This document shows, one piece after another, positions 60,421 through 64,000 of a stretch of DNA of 64,000 bases. Numbering within the stretch: position 1 is the stretch's first letter; each line of letters starts with the position of its first letter. The stretch is from Chiloscyllium plagiosum. Its lineage: Eukaryota. The translations under genes and the position numbers were made by a program. The notes under the pieces are model-generated. The model saw only the letters and a list, made by a program, of their open reading frames with translations. It was not told the DNA's origin and did no database searches. The DNA is taken from the NCBI RefSeq assembly GCF_004010195.1, contig NC_057750.1, positions 11,319,122 to 11,383,121 on the forward strand, in the 5' to 3' direction.

Positions 60421-60650
60421 GGGGCTTGGTTAGCTCAGTTGGCTGGACAGTTGGTTTTACAATATAGAATGATACCAACAGCTTGGGTTCAATTCCCACA
60501 CTAACTGAGGTTTCCAAGAAGGACTGCCCTTCTCAATCGCTCCCCTTGCCTGTGGGGTGGTGACCCACAGGTTAAACCATCACCAGTTGCCTCTTTGTAA
60601 GAAGAGAGAAGCCTGATGGTCTGGTAAGACGATGGCAACTAACTTTACAG
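60421..60650 (+). mobile_element. tRNA-derived SINE of a different family (Meta-domain-like centre)
   Basis: A box tagctcagttgg, B box ggttcaattcc, central gtggtgacccacaggttaaaccatcacc. The superfamily call is from recall only. Confidence 0.65.
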
Positions 60651-61206
60651 TTCGTCGAAGTACGTAAGACTGGAGTTCTAGCCATTCCCCAATCTTCCCT
60701 TGACAGGGATTTGGTTTTGACCGGCCAACAGCATCTTGGATAATAGATAAAGTCAGATTCTGGGAGAGTGGGTCCTGACCCCCCCCCCCCCCACTGTAAA
60801 TGAAATCCCTCTGCAAAATAGGTATTGACAATACTACTAGAATTGTGTTGGAATTGAACAAAATGCACCACCTGAGGCCTAAAGTGATGGCATATTGTAG
60901 TTTTAGTATTTAAGTTGCATTTTTGATTGAAATTACTTCAAAAGTCTTAAGGTGAGTGAGAGGATCAGGGATGAAATGCTGAACTTGTATTACAACAGCT
61001 CCAGGTAAATGCAACTTTCTTGAAATAAAACAAACTGTGAATGCTGAAGAACTGAAACAAAAACAAATTGCTGATGAAACTCCTAGCTCATATATCTTTT
61101 CTGAGTTGCTGTACTTAGAGCTGAATGAAATATTCCAAATGTTTTGCAACCATGGATTTCTACGACTCTAGCATCATTTCCACCCCATTCACTTTCACGG
61201 TTGACT

Positions 61207-61530
61207 TAGAATCATAGAATCTATAGAGCGTAGAAGCAGGCTCTTCAGCCCATCAAGTACACACTGACCCTTTGAACAGCCGCCCCTCCAAACTCACCCT
61301 ATTCCTACATTTCCCATGACTAATCACCTAGCCTGGACACCACTGGCAATTTAGCATAGCCAAGCCATCCAGCCTACACATCTTTAGACTATTGTGGGGG
61401 GGAAACAGAGCACCCGGAGGAAACCCGCACAGACGTGGGGAGAATGTGCAAATGCCACACAGTCACCCAAGGCTGGGATCAAACCTGGGTCCCTTGCACT
61501 GATACAGAGCAGTACTTGCCACCGTGCAGC
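61207..61530 (-). mobile_element. HE1-type V-SINE
   Basis: The reverse complement matches 18396-18750. Confidence 0.8.
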
Positions 61531-62250
61531 CACTTATGCTCTAGATCCCGATTCGAGACCACAATCCATGTTAAACTTGAGTGCTACACATTTAGCCATA
61601 TTGTCGTCGAGTTCTCAATCCAAATCCCAGCCAATGCTATCACGGGGATCTCGACCCTAAACCACTTAAAATTGTATCCTAAACCCTAACGCAATTTGGA
61701 GGGTAATTAGAAAATACTTAGAACGGATTAGGTAACACTCTCTCACATTGCTGGAAAGAATGCCAAAAAGGAATAACTTCTGATGGACAAAAGACCTCTC
61801 ATTTCCAACCCCTCTCCGTTGCACGCTTTCTTACCTCTGTTTTTGTTCCGTTTTATTGATGGCATTCCAGCAGTCTGGAGTTGGAACGTATTAACGTTTT
61901 AAAGTTTAGTTGTAACCTTAGCCTCACCTGTTCATTATCTCGCCACTGCACCGCCTCAACCGCAAGACGCAACACAATGATTTTGAGTGTGGCTCGCAGT
62001 TGTATTCCAAAATACTACATTGAACTCGCTGAACGAACAAAAACTGCTGGAAATATTCGGGTTAACCAGCATCTGTGAAAAGATTAATGTCATGACACTT
62101 CAGTCACATATGAAAGGGACTGCACATCCTGGTGACAATGGAGGGAGAGAGAAGCTGTACATTCTGGTGTGGTGGAGTGAATGAATGCCAGATAAATGGG
62201 ATAATAAAATGGAGTAAATAGAAGAGAAAATAAATCAGTCCACCTGAGAA

Positions 62251-62265
62251 CCGCTAGAGGGCAGT
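62251..62265 (+). promoter_or_regulatory. CTCF-like motif in MAP4K1 promoter region (ETS-like CAGGAAATGAA at about 62295)
   Basis: CCGCTAGAGGGCAGT matches the CTCF core CC(A/G)C(C/T)AG(A/G)GGGC. Confidence 0.5.
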
Positions 62266-62403
62266 GAGACACTGCGGGTAGGTTCAGTCCTGGGACAGGA
62301 AATGAACACGTGAATGCAAGAAGATCTTTAGTTCAGCTGCTGTCGGAGCAGAGAGTGCGAGAAAGTATGAAATGTGCTCACTGTTGGTGCTGATGGTCGA
62401 ACA

Positions 62404-62508
62404 ATGAGCTCAAATCAGGTAGCTTTGGATATCTCTTCGAAAAACCCACAAGATGACTTTGAGATCATACAGAGGGTTGGCGGAGGAACCTATGGGGAGG
62501 TGTACAAG
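62404..62508 (+). CDS. MAP4K1: MAP4K1/HPK1 (GCK-I family Ste20 kinase), first coding exon; gene continues beyond window
   Basis: [35 protein letters not shown] followed by phase-0 donor AAG|GTAAGA. The Gly loop GGGTYGEV fits MAP4K1 rather than MAP4K3/5 (GSGTYGDV) or MAP4K2 (GAGTYGDV). Human MAP4K1 and SERTAD1/3 share band 19q13.2. Confidence 0.85.
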
Positions 62509-62954
62509 GTAAGAATTCTCTCGGATGCAGGGCACCTGTCCGGATTATGTAGCGATCGCGTAGACTGAGGATGTTTGCAAGACCCATCATAGATCAATTG
62601 CAGAAAGAGCTTGGGCTGTGTAAGCTCAATGATAAAGTTGCCAGTGTCTTGTGTGGCACATTTAAAACGATTGCACCGGAACTCTTACAGATACTCGATT
62701 TGAATCCTTTGGCTGGATTTCACTTTCACTATTGAGATACTTCCCATCTCTTGGCTCTTGTCTGCTGTCCGTATTCTAAACCCTCGATCAAGGCCCGTCC
62801 ATCCATCATCTCCCCTAGCTAGCTCTCGATTACTGACACTGCTGTAAATTCTCATCCGAGTGTTTAAATCCCTCCCTGGTCCCATTCTCTCCAGATCCCC
62901 AACCATCTGAGATTTCTTGCACTCATCTAATTTTAAGCATCACTAATTTTAATT

Positions 62955-63095
62955 AGAGTCATAAAGACGTACAGCACGGAAACAGTCCCTTCGGTCCAAC
63001 TCGTCTATGCCGACCAGATATCCGAACCTAATTTAGTCCCATTTGTCAGCACTTGCCCCATATCTCTCTAAACCCTATGGATATACCCATCCAGA
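62955..63095 (-). mobile_element. CR1/HER1 LINE 3' tail
   Basis: The reverse complement matches 8880-9025. Confidence 0.8.
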
Positions 63096-64000
63096 TTCAA
63101 CCTTCATTGCCCTTTCAATGACCTGAGGTGTGGGCACTGAAGTATTTTCCCTAAACCTCTCAACCTGGTATCCTCCTGTTAAGACATCCTTTTAATCTGA
63201 ATAAATTTGTGGACATGTCTAAATATGCCCTTATGTGATTCAGTGTCAAATGTTTGATTGATATTATGTCTGTGGAGCACTTTGTGATGTTTTCCTGTGT
63301 TAATGACACAACATAAATACAAGTTATTATTAATGCCTCATTCAGATTTACTGGAAGAGGTTTGATGTTTATGTTCGGATTTGTACCTGTTCAGGAATTC
63401 TCACTCATGTGGCCACTAAGATTAATACTTTTTATATCACAGTTTTATGTACATAATATTCACTAACCAGAGTTAGTCAAACAGCTCCTGTCAAAGCTGT
63501 GAAGGTTGCTACTATTGTCAACCCACTCTGAAGGGTGACCTGAGAGTGACTGTTCACTGCAATCAGACATCTTGTAGGGTTGGACTGAATGAGAGTGAAA
63601 TGGATGAATTTGACAAAATTCTGTGAAACCTGACTGAAAATGAGAAAAGGTAGGATGGCCCAAGGCACCGGTGAGATTCATTACTCCTGGTTAAGGTATC
63701 ATCAGACCCGAAGGTAGAATGCAGAATATGAGCGGCTGTGATGGAGGCATTTGGTATTGGGGCAAAAGCGGCGAAAGGGTAGGGAGGAGGGCATTGGGAA
63801 GAGAAAGAAGATTGAGGAAGAAAGGATAAGTTGCAAGGAGGCAGGGTGGAAGGAGGAGGAATAGATAGGTAAGAGAGGGAGAGCACAAATGGAGGACAGG
63901 TGGGGAAGGGAGGAAGAAGAGGGAGGGGTGGGGTAGTGGCTCAGCAACAAATTTCAAAATAGTCTTTTTGCATTTTCAGCCCTATTCACTTCCTCATTTA

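Noticed and set aside
62374-62568. 64-aa ORF as a complete protein
   Set aside because: It has a GTG start and reads through a consensus splice donor at 62508; it is only exon 1 of a kinase.
63690-63950. Purine-rich tract with overlapping Pro/Leu/Ser-rich minus-strand ORFs
   Set aside because: Low-complexity intronic sequence; the ORFs are compositional artefacts.

Overview
This is vertebrate genomic DNA, most likely from a cartilaginous fish (shark). The inference rests on HE1-type V-SINEs, SacSINE-type DeuSINEs, CR1/HER1 LINEs and abundant Penelope-like elements (PLEs). The genes in order are: two intronless, CpG-rich thioredoxin-like genes on the minus strand with non-canonical active sites (WCSNC and WCEFC); a SERTAD3-like gene head-to-head with the second thioredoxin; a SERTAD1-like gene whose main exon has no start ATG and appears to take one from a small upstream exon; and the first coding exon of MAP4K1/HPK1. 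The rest is mostly decayed retroelements. The most striking hidden signal is a set of more than 15 minimal type-I hammerhead-ribozyme motifs (CUGANGA-stem II-GAAA-NUH) in several sequence families. They sit in PLE termini and in 60-300 bp insertions, often palindromic, many with 10-15 bp target-site duplications (TSDs). Also found: a solo LTR just upstream of the SERTAD1 promoter, a 40-bp CR1 tail flanked by an 83-bp perfect duplication, and an ETS-IRF/ISRE element in the SERTAD1 intron. All calls were made by eye, no searches were run, and repeat boundaries are approximate.
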